From the IMG/VR virus record IMGVR_UViG_3300050120_000361, positions 1-64,000 of that record: 64,000 bases of DNA; one strand, written 5' to 3'. The notes below the pieces were generated by a model. The model was not told the DNA's origin, made no database searches, and worked only from the letters and a program-made list of their open reading frames with translations. Position numbers and translations under genes: made by a program. Position 1 is the stretch's first letter, and each line of letters starts with the position of its first letter. Positions 1 through 8,206 of this stretch are shown piece by piece.

Positions 1-127
1 TTTCCTGCAGGTATACTATCGCTTCCGAGGTGTGCAGCATCTCCATGTCGGCTTGCGTGAACTTCTCCTTTGTTCCGTTCCAGTGCTGCCATATCGCCAA
101 AAGGCATATAAGCTTTGTCGTTTCCAT
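1..127 (-). CDS. hypothetical protein, runs off window edge (METTKLICLL...)
   Basis: ATG at 127 after A-rich leader and cassette hairpin; frame open to position 1; not in ORF track. Confidence 0.65.
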   Translation of the reverse strand, partial: METTKLICLLAIWQHWNGTKEKFTQADMEMLHTSEAIVYLQE

Positions 128-142
128 AAATTAAATGTGTTT

Positions 143-180
143 GATACCCATTAAAGGCCGACACTCACGCGCCGGCCTGC
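143..180 (-). promoter_or_regulatory. cassette hairpin + linker
   Basis: AGGCCG...CGGCCT stem followed on sense strand by TTTAATGGGTATC and A-rich leader. Confidence 0.55.
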
Positions 181-196
181 ATTAATCAATTTTCGG

Positions 197-496
197 TTAC
201 CCCCACTGGACTACGTAACCGCATCTCGAGCAAGACCACCCGTGCGACCCGTTTGGCCTTTCGAAGTATTCGGGACTCACGTGCTCTGCCATGTCCGCGT
301 CATCGCCACAGCACTCGCGTATCTCATTCAATTGTTGCTGTGTGTTCATTTCAGGTATCGGCATGAAACTGTCCATGCCCCGGACCTTGTCGACATTGTT
401 AGCCGAAAGGAATTTGGCGAACTCCTGAAGCTCTTCATCCGTAGCTACTATCGCATGCTCCATTCCGCCGCGCCTTCCGTAACCCCTACTGCTCAT
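197..496 (-). CDS. hypothetical protein with C-terminal CxxC zinc-ribbon-like motif
   Basis: 99 aa ORF; GWSCSRCG; start could be 463. Confidence 0.7.
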   Translation of the reverse strand: MSSRGYGRRGGMEHAIVATDEELQEFAKFLSANNVDKVRGMDSFMPIPEMNTQQQLNEIRECCGDDADMAEHVSPEYFERPNGSHGWSCSRCGYVVQWG

Positions 497-1160
497 CGCT
501 CGTTTCCCCCTTTCTGTGTATTGGGTGCTCAGGGTCGAATATCGGCTTCCACCACGCGAGCGGCATGCACTCGTTGGCCCATTTGAGCGCCGCCTTGTGG
601 GTGTTGCGCTCCCACATAGAAATCAGAAGGTTCGGGCAGTCATTGCGGCTGTCCCATTGGATGCTGTAGGCCGTGCGCGGGTCCTCGCCCTTCTGCTTGT
701 TCGCAAGCTCGGCCTCTATTTCTGTTATGGCGAGCCTCACGACAGCGGCGCACATGTCCTCGAAAAGCCCGCAAGCGTAAAGCCTTGCCTCGAGTTCCAT
801 ACGCACCGTTCTGCGCTGTTTGAGGATTGGATCCTTCTGTTCCGCACCGTCGCTGAAATGCGTCACCTTATCGAAGCCCTTGCAGGTCTCGTAGGCCTTG
901 ACGCATTCCTCAGCGGTTACGTAGTCTCCGAGCATTTCCATAACCCTTGAGCCTTCGCCGTCCCTGTGCGTCCACCTCGACAGGCCGAATGGCTTGTCCT
1001 CGTAAAGCGCGACGGACACCATGTAGGTTCCATCGATGTCAACTCCGGCGTCCGTCAGGTTGCCCTCGTCGAGCGGCGTAACCTCATTGGGGATTACCCC
1101 AATCTGCCAGAGCAGCCTCGCCACCCTGACCTCGTTCTTTAGTTCGTCTTCTATAAACAT
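486..1160 (-). CDS. hypothetical protein
   Basis: 224 aa ORF, A-rich leader, typical codon usage. Confidence 0.8.
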   Translation of the reverse strand: MFIEDELKNEVRVARLLWQIGVIPNEVTPLDEGNLTDAGVDIDGTYMVSVALYEDKPFGLSRWTHRDGEGSRVMEMLGDYVTAEECVKAYETCKGFDKVTHFSDGAEQKDPILKQRRTVRMELEARLYACGLFEDMCAAVVRLAITEIEAELANKQKGEDPRTAYSIQWDSRNDCPNLLISMWERNTHKAALKWANECMPLAWWKPIFDPEHPIHRKGETSDEQ

Positions 1161-1167
1161 GATTTTT

Positions 1168-1212
1168 GTTTCTTACCAATTAAAGCTCCACATCAATGAT
1201 GTGGAGCTTGTT
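1168..1212 (-). promoter_or_regulatory. cassette hairpin + linker
   Basis: AAGCTCCACATC/GATGTGGAGCTT stem then sense TAATTGGTAAGAAAC. Confidence 0.7.
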
Positions 1213-1222
1213 TCCATGCCTG

Positions 1223-1432
1223 TCAGGCGGACACGTACTCGGCGCTCTTTGCGGGGTCGCCGTAGAAGACTACCTGGTTCTTCAGGGAGTCCACTATCTG
1301 GACCACCTCATAGCCCACGCACGGAAGGGCCGCGAGCCCGGCGTCGACGGCCTTGTCGTGGCTGCTGTGGAAGTCCCCGAAGCCGCCCATAGGCTCTCCA
1401 GGGTTGAACTTGAATACCCAAAACCTTTTCAT
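1223..1432 (-). CDS. hypothetical protein
   Basis: 69 aa, ATGA-coupled to upstream gene. Confidence 0.75.
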   Translation of the reverse strand: MKRFWVFKFNPGEPMGGFGDFHSSHDKAVDAGLAALPCVGYEVVQIVDSLKNQVVFYGDPAKSAEYVSA

Positions 1433-1827
1433 AATTTCTTTTCGTTTATTGTTACAAGTCTACCAAGATTAACTCCTTTGTTAAGGTCTGCTGTCATGCC
1501 ACTCGTTACTGTGGTGTTACGCATTACCATTGCAACGCCGTATCTTTCAATTTCCTTGTAGTTAGCAATTCCAAAAAGTAGTACAGCAGTTGTCTTATCA
1601 GCGGCTTTGTCATAAGCTTCGCCAAAAGCCTTACAGAGCTTGGCGAGCTGTTCATCCACTTTGTCGCGAATGTGCGGTTTTGCGTACTTATTAAGCAGAA
1701 GCCATTCCTTGATTTTCCTGCTCTTATCGTCCTTGTTTAGCTCTTCCTTGAACTTTTCCTGGGCTTTATCCCAGTTAGCATCGGAAACCTTATGCTCCCT
1801 TCCGCTTATCAATATAATGTGGCTCAT
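1429..1827 (-). CDS. hypothetical protein
   Basis: 132 aa, ATGA overlaps both sides. Confidence 0.75.
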   Translation of the reverse strand: MSHIILISGREHKVSDANWDKAQEKFKEELNKDDKSRKIKEWLLLNKYAKPHIRDKVDEQLAKLCKAFGEAYDKAADKTTAVLLFGIANYKEIERYGVAMVMRNTTVTSGMTADLNKGVNLGRLVTINEKKL

Positions 1828-2117
1828 GACTCAAGCATTTTAATGTAACCCAAAGATAATGCTTTGTCGATAAGCGTGTCGCTTAGCATGTCCTTCACCT
1901 GCTCCTCAGTGGACCTTTTGAAGGTGTCCCTATGGTCCGTGTAGTCTCCGCCGTCCGGTGCGAGCCAAGCGAACTTGGTGCCCATAATCCCCTTAAAAGC
2001 CTCGTCAGACACGCACCACGCGCTCGAGGCGAAGCACCCCTTAACGGCAATTCCCAAGGCCTTATTATCCGTTGTCAGGACGAAGGGCTTGATGTCAATG
2101 ATTTCAAATTCTTTCAT
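1824..2117 (-). CDS. hypothetical protein
   Basis: 97 aa, cassette leader upstream. Confidence 0.75.
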   Translation of the reverse strand: MKEFEIIDIKPFVLTTDNKALGIAVKGCFASSAWCVSDEAFKGIMGTKFAWLAPDGGDYTDHRDTFKRSTEEQVKDMLSDTLIDKALSLGYIKMLES

Positions 2118-2132
2118 GATTTTTATTGTTTT

Positions 2133-2177
2133 TGTTTCTTACCAATCAAAGCCCAAGCGTCTCCGCCCGGGCTTTTT
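2133..2177 (-). promoter_or_regulatory. cassette hairpin + linker (contains 27-bp direct repeat copy 1)
   Basis: AAAGCCCAAGCGTCTCCGCCCGGGCTT at 2148-2174; sense linker TTTGATTGGTAAGAAAC. Confidence 0.7.
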
Positions 2178-2192
2178 GCTATTGGCTCGCCT

Positions 2193-2702
2193 TCAGTCGA
2201 GTATCTCTCCGAACAGCCATTCGCGCAGCTCCATCATCAGGTACTTCATTCCAATGTATGTATCTGCATTGAATTTTTGGTTTCTGTCTGGGTAGGGAAG
2301 TGGCTCGTTCTCAAGTACTGATTTAACGTTCCGAGACGCTTCAGAGTCTGTTAATTCGACTCTTTGGTCCCTCTCTATTTCGCAGTGCCTCATTCTGAGG
2401 TCCAGCCACCCTTTCAGGATTGTGACTTCCTTGCGCTCGAGAAGTATCTCATTATTCGCGCCCCACCTTAGCTCCATGTTCATTATGGATAGCTTTGAAA
2501 GGAGCCTGGTCTCGTCGTAGTTGTTGCCGTCCTCAGTTTCAAGCTTGATGGCGTGTCCAGCAATGAACTGGAATATTGAGAATTCTGAAAAGGAGAAAAT
2601 AGCTCCCTGATTGAACCTTACGAGCCGCCTGTCCTCGACGAAATCGTTCTTTTGTGCAACGAACCCGGTTTCGGGTATGTTGGCATGATTGTGTTTTTCC
2701 AT
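2193..2702 (-). CDS. hypothetical protein
   Basis: 169 aa; start moved to ATG 2702, just after cassette leader. Confidence 0.75.
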   Translation of the reverse strand: MEKHNHANIPETGFVAQKNDFVEDRRLVRFNQGAIFSFSEFSIFQFIAGHAIKLETEDGNNYDETRLLSKLSIMNMELRWGANNEILLERKEVTILKGWLDLRMRHCEIERDQRVELTDSEASRNVKSVLENEPLPYPDRNQKFNADTYIGMKYLMMELREWLFGEILD

Positions 2703-2709
2703 TTGTTTG

Positions 2710-2755
2710 TTTCTTTTATACCAATTAAAGCCCAAGCGTCTCCGCCCGGGCTTCT
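2710..2755 (-). promoter_or_regulatory. cassette hairpin + linker (27-bp direct repeat copy 2)
   Basis: identical 27-mer at 2727-2753; sense linker TTTAATTGGTATAAAAGAAAC. Confidence 0.7.
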
Positions 2756-2772
2756 TAAGAAACGAAACAAGC

Positions 2773-3135
2773 TCATGAAAGCTCGTCCCCTTCCGCTTCA
2801 ATTTCCTTGAACAGTTCGGCGTACATATGCGATGCACCCTCTTCCATATCGTATATGTTCCCTATCTGTTCTGTATAGTACTCGGTGTCGCTGAAGTCCA
2901 CAACGCTTTCCTTCCTGAACGCGCAGTCCCTGTTTACTTCAATGAACATCCGCTTCATACTCTTCGCATGCTCGTATATTTCCAGCACAATTCCCAATTC
3001 CTCGGGAGTGGCCGTTGAGCCGAATATGCTCTCCAATCTTTTCTGTTTGTGGAGGCGCGTAAGCCCCTTCACATTCTCCGACATGATGACCGTCATGATG
3101 TCGTGCTGCTTGAGCGTAAGTCCCGTTATCTTCAT
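2773..3135 (-). CDS. hypothetical protein
   Basis: 120 aa ORF. Confidence 0.75.
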   Translation of the reverse strand: MKITGLTLKQHDIMTVIMSENVKGLTRLHKQKRLESIFGSTATPEELGIVLEIYEHAKSMKRMFIEVNRDCAFRKESVVDFSDTEYYTEQIGNIYDMEEGASHMYAELFKEIEAEGDELS

Positions 3136-3149
3136 GTTCTTTCGTTTTG

Positions 3150-3191
3150 GTTTCCTACCAGTTCAGGCCCTGAGCGTTGAAGCTCAGGGCC
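3150..3191 (-). promoter_or_regulatory. cassette hairpin + linker
   Basis: GGCCCTGAGC/GCTCAGGGCC stem then sense TGAACTGGTAGGAAAC. Confidence 0.65.
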
Positions 3192-3221
3192 ATTCCTGTC
3201 AATCATACATATCCGATAATG

Positions 3222-4001
3222 TCAATCGTTATGGGCAATCCTCTCGATTTCGGGGTACTCGTTAGCCGTTATCCTGATAACCACGTCCCCGCACATGACA
3301 ATGAAGTGGGTGCCCTTGCGCACCAGCTCGAGCTCCGTGGTCTGCTTGAGCTTCATAAGCTTGGCTACCCTGATGCCGTCGTAGTACGCGAAGGACGCCA
3401 TGTGGCTCTCGCCGTCGTCCTCGTACAGCCAGACGTCGATTGTCTTTGGCTTCGTCTCCTTCAGCTCGTTGCGCTCGTCCAGTGCTGTTATGGTCGTTCC
3501 GAGCATGATGTTGAGGTCCGTGAGGGTGTTCCTGAAGTCACCGCTCGGAACGGCGTTTATCCATCGCTCGAGCCTTTCGCCGAATGCCCTGAGGGTTTCA
3601 ATTCCTATGTCCGTGCGCTCGGCGTCGCTTCTTACCTTGTCGGCGATGCGCTTCACGTCCGCGTCCCTGAACCTTACGAACCACTCCATTGCGTCCTCAA
3701 GGTACTTCTTCCTGTCGGACAGTTTTACGAAGTGGTAGGCGTCCAGAGTCACCTTGTCACCCAAGTTGGCCTTTATCTTATCCGATATTAGCATGAAGCC
3801 GTTTATCGCTGATACGTCCACCTTCACGTGCATTACGCCCTTTTCATCGAGTTCTCCCCAGTCCCACATCACGAGCATCCTGTCGAGGATTGTGTCGTGG
3901 TGTATAACCATTTCGGAGTTCTCATTAAGCCACCGGCACATTTCGCCGGTGTTGGAGAGCACCAGCTTGAGCTGGTGCTCTGTAGGTCTTTTGAGTTCCA
4001 T
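3222..4001 (-). CDS. hypothetical protein
   Basis: 259 aa ORF. Confidence 0.8.
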   Translation of the reverse strand: MELKRPTEHQLKLVLSNTGEMCRWLNENSEMVIHHDTILDRMLVMWDWGELDEKGVMHVKVDVSAINGFMLISDKIKANLGDKVTLDAYHFVKLSDRKKYLEDAMEWFVRFRDADVKRIADKVRSDAERTDIGIETLRAFGERLERWINAVPSGDFRNTLTDLNIMLGTTITALDERNELKETKPKTIDVWLYEDDGESHMASFAYYDGIRVAKLMKLKQTTELELVRKGTHFIVMCGDVVIRITANEYPEIERIAHND

Positions 4002-4011
4002 ATACTTGTTT

Positions 4012-4058
4012 TCGTTTTACACCAATTCAAGCCCGCACGGAGACGTGCGGGCTTTTAA
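4012..4058 (-). promoter_or_regulatory. cassette hairpin + linker
   Basis: AAGCCCGCACG/CGTGCGGGCTT stem then sense TGAATTGGTGTAAAACG. Confidence 0.7.
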
Positions 4059-4059
4059 A

Positions 4060-4488
4060 TTAGATTGTGTGCTGTTCCGTGAAGTCCTCAACGGCCTGCC
4101 ACACGGCCAGCGCGATTGACTCGGCCAGGTAGCCGCTCTCCACGTATTCCAAATTCTTTGGGTTGTCGACTCCCCAACTCCTTCCAAAGCCGGCGTAGCT
4201 TATGAAGTGCTCGCCTGGGGCTGTTGGGTGGTGCTCGAAGTTCACGTGGCATTCGGCGCTCACTGCTGGGACGCTTTTCCAGCAGTTCAGCTCGTATTCG
4301 GAGCCAGCGGTCTTGTTGCCCTTCACGAACATAATGAACTTTCTTGGATTGTCGCTTCCAATTGTGAACTCGAACGGTTTGGCGAACTTTCCCGATTTCC
4401 GGAGCTCTTCCACAGCTCCCTTGGCCGTCTTGGAGACATAGGCTATAAGCTTTTCCGCATCCTGTTTGGTTTTTTCTGCTTTGTCCAT
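4060..4488 (-). CDS. hypothetical protein
   Basis: 142 aa; start ATG 4488 after cassette leader. Confidence 0.75.
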   Translation of the reverse strand: MDKAEKTKQDAEKLIAYVSKTAKGAVEELRKSGKFAKPFEFTIGSDNPRKFIMFVKGNKTAGSEYELNCWKSVPAVSAECHVNFEHHPTAPGEHFISYAGFGRSWGVDNPKNLEYVESGYLAESIALAVWQAVEDFTEQHTI

Positions 4489-4495
4489 AAGTGTT

Positions 4496-4541
4496 GTTTC
4501 TTTAACCGTCAAAGGCCCATCGGTTAACCGATGGGCCTTTT
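4496..4541 (-). promoter_or_regulatory. cassette hairpin + linker
   Basis: near-perfect palindrome AAAGGCCCATCGGTTAACCGATGGGCCTTT then sense GACGGTTAAAGAAAC. Confidence 0.7.
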
Positions 4542-4543
4542 TA

Positions 4544-4786
4544 TTACCTTTCCCTGAATTTCACGTACTTATCGAGATGCACTCCTTTTGAAAGGTCCGA
4601 TATGAATTTTGTGGGTATTCCCGAAAGTTTGACAATCTTGGGCATCACGCCTATTTCAGACAGCTGCTTGGCATGCCTCAAACCGAACAGTATTACCTGT
4701 ATGGACTGTTCGTGGCGTTGGGCGTTGTTCCATGCGCCGTGGAGCTTCTCCGCAAGCGCCTGAATTTCCAATGGAATTACTTCCAT
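4544..4786 (-). CDS. small HTH-like protein
   Basis: 80 aa; ILFGLRHA...SGIP...KGVHLDKYV resembles a widespread small helical family (from recollection). Confidence 0.5.
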   Translation of the reverse strand: MEVIPLEIQALAEKLHGAWNNAQRHEQSIQVILFGLRHAKQLSEIGVMPKIVKLSGIPTKFISDLSKGVHLDKYVKFRER

Positions 4787-4788
4787 GG

Positions 4789-4923
4789 CTATTGAAGTCT
4801 TACGTGGTTTACTATCTCAACAGCTTCCATGCGCACAAGCGCCCTGTCTACGTCCTCAACCACCTTGTGCACAGGATAGTCGTCCTTGACTTCCACGCTA
4901 ATTTGAATTACAACCGTTTTCAT
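4789..4923 (-). CDS. hypothetical protein (44 aa, MKTVVIQISV...)
   Basis: read by hand; cassette leader upstream, stop 2 nt before next ATG. Confidence 0.65.
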   Translation of the reverse strand: MKTVVIQISVEVKDDYPVHKVVEDVDRALVRMEAVEIVNHVRLQ

Positions 4924-4933
4924 GATTTTTATG

Positions 4934-4980
4934 TTTCGTTTTAACCGTCAAAGGCCCAATGCTTGCGCACCGAGCCTATT
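4934..4980 (-). promoter_or_regulatory. cassette hairpin + linker (imperfect stem)
   Basis: shares TTTAACCGTCAAAGGCCCA with 4501-4519. Confidence 0.6.
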
Positions 4981-4990
4981 TTAAAATTCC

Positions 4991-5188
4991 TTAGTCTTTG
5001 TATTGTTCGAGTTTCTCCCTGAGCGCCGTGCGCCTCGCAAGGCTCTCAGACAGGGTAATGTTCGCCTTTATGCCGTCTTCTGAGGAAAGGTTTTCCTTCA
5101 TTTGGGCCTTGGTTTTCGTTATCGAAAGTGACAGCACATAGTGCATAAGGTCGATTTCTTCACTTTCCAATGGAATGCTTTTTGTCAT
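4991..5188 (-). CDS. hypothetical protein
   Basis: 65 aa ORF. Confidence 0.7.
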   Translation of the reverse strand: MTKSIPLESEEIDLMHYVLSLSITKTKAQMKENLSSEDGIKANITLSESLARRTALREKLEQYKD

Positions 5189-5199
5189 GATTTTTAGTG

Positions 5200-5250
5200 T
5201 TTCGTTTCTTACCTATTAATGCCCGATACACTTGCGCGTACCAGGCCTAC
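5200..5250 (-). promoter_or_regulatory. cassette hairpin + linker (degenerate)
   Basis: sense TTAATAGGTAAGAAAC after imperfect GC stem. Confidence 0.5.
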
Positions 5251-5254
5251 CTCA

Positions 5255-5650
5255 TTAATAGGTCCGTTTGTGGTTTTCCTTGAGGTATGCTATGACCTCT
5301 TCGAAAGTGCCTATCAGGACGGGCATTTTGCGTAGGTTGTTCACGTCGCATGCGGAACTGTCTCCCGTATATGTTCCGATATAAACCTCAAAGCCTTTCG
5401 CGTATACGCAAATCTGTCCCTCATTTCCGCCAAGAGACACGTCTATTGAGTGTTCGGAAGTTCTTCCGACATCCTCGAAACCCTCATCGTAGAACTTTTT
5501 GCGAAGCTCATCCGTGAATTTTTTCGAAGCACCTGTGAGCTTTTCTATATTCTCTTTGGTATCGTATTGCGGATAGTATTCCCATGCGCGTCTTTCCTGC
5601 ATGCGGTTCCATCCATTTTCTCGACTTTCGTCAAATGGCACTACTTTCAT
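5255..5650 (-). CDS. hypothetical protein, first gene of cassette array
   Basis: 131 aa; ATG 5650 lies just downstream of promoter motif. Confidence 0.75.
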   Translation of the reverse strand: MKVVPFDESRENGWNRMQERRAWEYYPQYDTKENIEKLTGASKKFTDELRKKFYDEGFEDVGRTSEHSIDVSLGGNEGQICVYAKGFEVYIGTYTGDSSACDVNNLRKMPVLIGTFEEVIAYLKENHKRTY

Positions 5651-5677
5651 GATTTGTCTTGTTTTCTTATATTGTAC

Positions 5678-5705
5678 ATATCCCATAAACGTCCGTATTA
5701 TAGGG
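5678..5705 (-). promoter_or_regulatory. phage promoter-like motif
   Basis: CCCTATAA-N13-GGGATAT. Confidence 0.75.
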
Positions 5706-5737
5706 CATTCGTTACGTTTCGACAAGCGTCCGCCCAA

Positions 5738-6023
5738 GCGCACCGGTGCAACGGGCCTTTTTGACGGCACGCCTTGGCAAATGGCTTGGAATATCCCGAA
5801 AGTACCGTATTATTGCGTATTTTCCGGTGCGCCGGGTTGTTGCTCCCCATGGCTCGGGTGCGTCGAATTGAATGCCCGTAATGTATGGGTTTCAGTGGGA
5901 TATGCCATGTTTTGGGAACCTTTCAATTGTGCGCACCGGATATGGAGGCCATTCGGCCGTTATCCTTGGCAAATGCCTTTGCGGTTTTGTGGGAACCCCT
6001 TATTGTGGCATTGTCCGGTGCGC
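5738..6023. repeat. five-site inverted-repeat module A
   Basis: GCGCACCGG 5738, CCGGTGCGC 5824, CGGGTGCGT 5855, GCGCACCGG 5931, CCGGTGCGC 6015 (spacing 86/31/76/84). Confidence 0.9.
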
Positions 6024-6074
6024 ATTGGCGGAACGGGCAATAGAAAAGTCCCAATTGGGACTTGAATGCGAATG

Positions 6075-6227
6075 CTATTTAACTGTCAAATGGAACACCG
6101 CCCTGCAAACCTCCTTGATATGGAACATGTCATGCTCGTGCAAATCAATGGACAAATAGCCGAATGTTAGGGAAACGATGATTTCGAAAAGGGATTTAGT
6201 TGTTTGTTTCTTGATTAGTTTCTGCAT
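6075..6227 (-). CDS. hypothetical protein (50 aa, MQKLIKKQTT...)
   Basis: read by hand; has its own promoter motif at 6277-6303. Confidence 0.6.
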   Translation of the reverse strand: MQKLIKKQTTKSLFEIIVSLTFGYLSIDLHEHDMFHIKEVCRAVFHLTVK

Positions 6228-6276
6228 GACGTTTGGGTTTTAGTTTATGATAAATGATTGTTTTCTTATATCATTT

Positions 6277-6303
6277 ATATCCTGAAACTCCAAACATTAT
6301 AAG
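6277..6303 (-). promoter_or_regulatory. phage promoter-like motif
   Basis: CTTATAA-N13-AGGATAT. Confidence 0.7.
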
Positions 6304-6354
6304 ATAATCGAGCATTATCCGCAATATATGCCCAATACCTTATTGCACAACTGC

Positions 6355-6448
6355 GCGCACCGGATACGGGACCAAAACAGGGGCTGTCCTTGACTAATGC
6401 CTTGCCAAACAGTTTGGCCTGCATTCTGACGATAAGTTTCCGGTGCGC
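6355..6448. repeat. single 94-bp inverted-repeat unit
   Basis: GCGCACCGG 6355, CCGGTGCGC 6440 (spacing 85); central AATGCCTTGCCAAAC. Confidence 0.9.
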
Positions 6449-6468
6449 ATGCGGCCTATGGGCAAAAT

Positions 6469-6501
6469 AAAAGGGTCACCGAACTCGCTTCGGGACCCTT
6501 T
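6469..6501 (-). terminator. intrinsic terminator of 126-aa gene
   Basis: AAAGGGTC...GACCCTTT stem with sense-strand U tract. Confidence 0.65.
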
Positions 6502-6545
6502 CAACCTAAACCTTATCACAATCTGCGGCGGTTGCCGCATTCTCT

Positions 6546-6926
6546 TTATGCTACGACCAATTCGGCTTTTGCGGCTTTGGCTTTCGCCTTTGAAGCGCGG
6601 CTTGCCTTGTTGCGGGCCAAACGTGCTTTCTTTTCTTCAGGAGTTTCAACTTTTGCAACTGTTTCGATAACTTCAACCTTGTGGGTTACGGGAACGATTT
6701 TCGCAAGCATTGCGTCCTTAACGCTGTTGGTTGCGGCTTCGATGAACAGGCCCTTGAAAACAGGCAGTTCGATAACGTCTTCTGAACCAGCTTCGATACG
6801 GTCAGCGATTTCGAATGCAACGTCTTTTTTGATGCTCAAACGTTTTGCGGTTGCAACTACGAAGTTTAATTTTGCGCCGAATGATTTAGTTGAATACAAT
6901 GCGGCTGATTTGAATGATGCTTTCAT
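6546..6926 (-). CDS. small protein with Lys/Ala-rich C-terminal tail (putative DNA-binding)
   Basis: 126 aa; tail KKARLARNKASRASKAKAKAAKA; monocistronic. Confidence 0.7.
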   Translation of the reverse strand: MKASFKSAALYSTKSFGAKLNFVVATAKRLSIKKDVAFEIADRIEAGSEDVIELPVFKGLFIEAATNSVKDAMLAKIVPVTHKVEVIETVAKVETPEEKKARLARNKASRASKAKAKAAKAELVVA

Positions 6927-6979
6927 GATTTTAATTTTTTAAGTTTGTTTAAATAATTTGTTTGTTTCTTATGATAATT

Positions 6980-7007
6980 ATATCCTGAAAACCCAAACAA
7001 TATAGGG
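6980..7007 (-). promoter_or_regulatory. phage promoter-like motif
   Basis: CCCTATAT-N13-AGGATAT. Confidence 0.75.
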
Positions 7008-7041
7008 AATACGGGAAAATAGTTCATATAGTTATGCTTAC

Positions 7042-7329
7042 GCGCACCGGTACATCATGAATTATTGGTTGTATGCAGGGCATTTGGCAACCAATCCCGA
7101 ATACATGGCCTTTTCTGTTCCCAATACCGGTGCGTACGGTTGCGTACCAATAAGGTACTGGTGCGCGCGGTTGTATCGATTATTCAATGGGAATATCGGG
7201 CATTGCATGGCAAACGGAAACCAATTGCGTTCCATGCGCACCAGACAGTCATTGAATATCTGCCATTGACAAGGCATTATGCCTGATGGTTCCAATACGG
7301 TCCCAATACGGTCAACAGTGCCGGTGCGC
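7042..7329. repeat. five-site inverted-repeat module B
   Basis: sites at 7042(R), 7127(L), 7158(L), 7236(R), 7321(L); spacing 85/31/78/85. Confidence 0.9.
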
Positions 7330-7347
7330 GCGAACGGCCGTATACAG

Positions 7348-7372
7348 AAAAAGCCCGACTTTCGTCGGGCTT
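7348..7372 (-). terminator. intrinsic terminator of 253-aa gene
   Basis: AAGCCCGAC-TTTC-GTCGGGCTT with sense-strand U tract. Confidence 0.75.
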
Positions 7373-7403
7373 AATCTTCATTAGTCAGTTAATTGTTTCT
7401 TTA

Positions 7404-8165
7404 TTACAACGCCTCGATTGCAACGGTTTGCTTAACCGAAAGAGGGATAAGGTATGCCTTCAATGAAGCGTTGCCGTCATTGGCATCCTTGAATTTGATT
7501 TTGGCCTCTTCGAAAGCCGCAACGGGAACGTCGTATATTTCGCCGTCGATTTGCAGCGGTTTTGTAACGACTTTGGTAGATAGCGGTTTGCGGGGTTTGT
7601 AGTAGGTTTTGGCGTAGCGTATACGGTCAATACCTGTTTGCATTTCGGCGATGATGTCAACCTCTTTGGCAAGTTCAACTTGCATGTAGACATCGGCAGC
7701 GTAGCCCTTAGCAGCGGCCTCGTCGTCAATCATTTTCTTGATTGCTGTACGGGCGGGCTTAACTTCCCACCATGAAGACAACAGCAACAGGAGAGGATTG
7801 ATTGATTGGCCTGCAATCTGAATGGTTGAGATAACCTTCAAACCGTCCAAAATCTTAGGCTCGCGCTCTTTGTCGTATTTGGACGATGCAACGGTCTCGT
7901 TGATATAGTCCAATGGGCTGTGAGCTTCCAACCATTCGCGGTCCGTGAACTGCGGAGTGTTTTCATCAACAACGTGCATTGACAAATTGCCTTGCGCGGC
8001 GTCTTCCAGGTCATTTCCAAGCTCGGGGTCAGCGGCGCCAGCGTTTGGCTGTTCGTTCTGAGCTCCTTCGTTTTGCTCGTTTTGTGCGCCTTCTTTGTTG
8101 GCTGCTACTGATTGGTTTTGTTGTGCTTTAGCGGCTTTTTCAGCGGCTCTGTTTTTGTTTGACAT
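7404..8165 (-). CDS. early paralogue-family protein (253 aa), acidic/disordered N-terminus
   Basis: C-terminal half aligns with 11584-12150 and 12210-12524. Confidence 0.8.
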   Translation of the reverse strand: MSNKNRAAEKAAKAQQNQSVAANKEGAQNEQNEGAQNEQPNAGAADPELGNDLEDAAQGNLSMHVVDENTPQFTDREWLEAHSPLDYINETVASSKYDKEREPKILDGLKVISTIQIAGQSINPLLLLLSSWWEVKPARTAIKKMIDDEAAAKGYAADVYMQVELAKEVDIIAEMQTGIDRIRYAKTYYKPRKPLSTKVVTKPLQIDGEIYDVPVAAFEEAKIKFKDANDGNASLKAYLIPLSVKQTVAIEAL

Positions 8166-8206
8166 GACTTTAATTTTTGGATTGATTAATTTGTTTCTTA
8201 TTTACT

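Noticed and set aside
143-5250. Integron attC cassettes
   Set aside because: No RYYYAAC...GTTRRRY core pairs were found around the hairpins, and there is no integrase in the window.
5872-7295. ORFs overlapping the repeat modules (5872-6159, 6443-6670, 7057-7269, 7062-7295, 7065-7286)
   Set aside because: No A-rich leader, atypical composition, and they cross promoters or terminators. The region is better explained as non-coding DNA elements.
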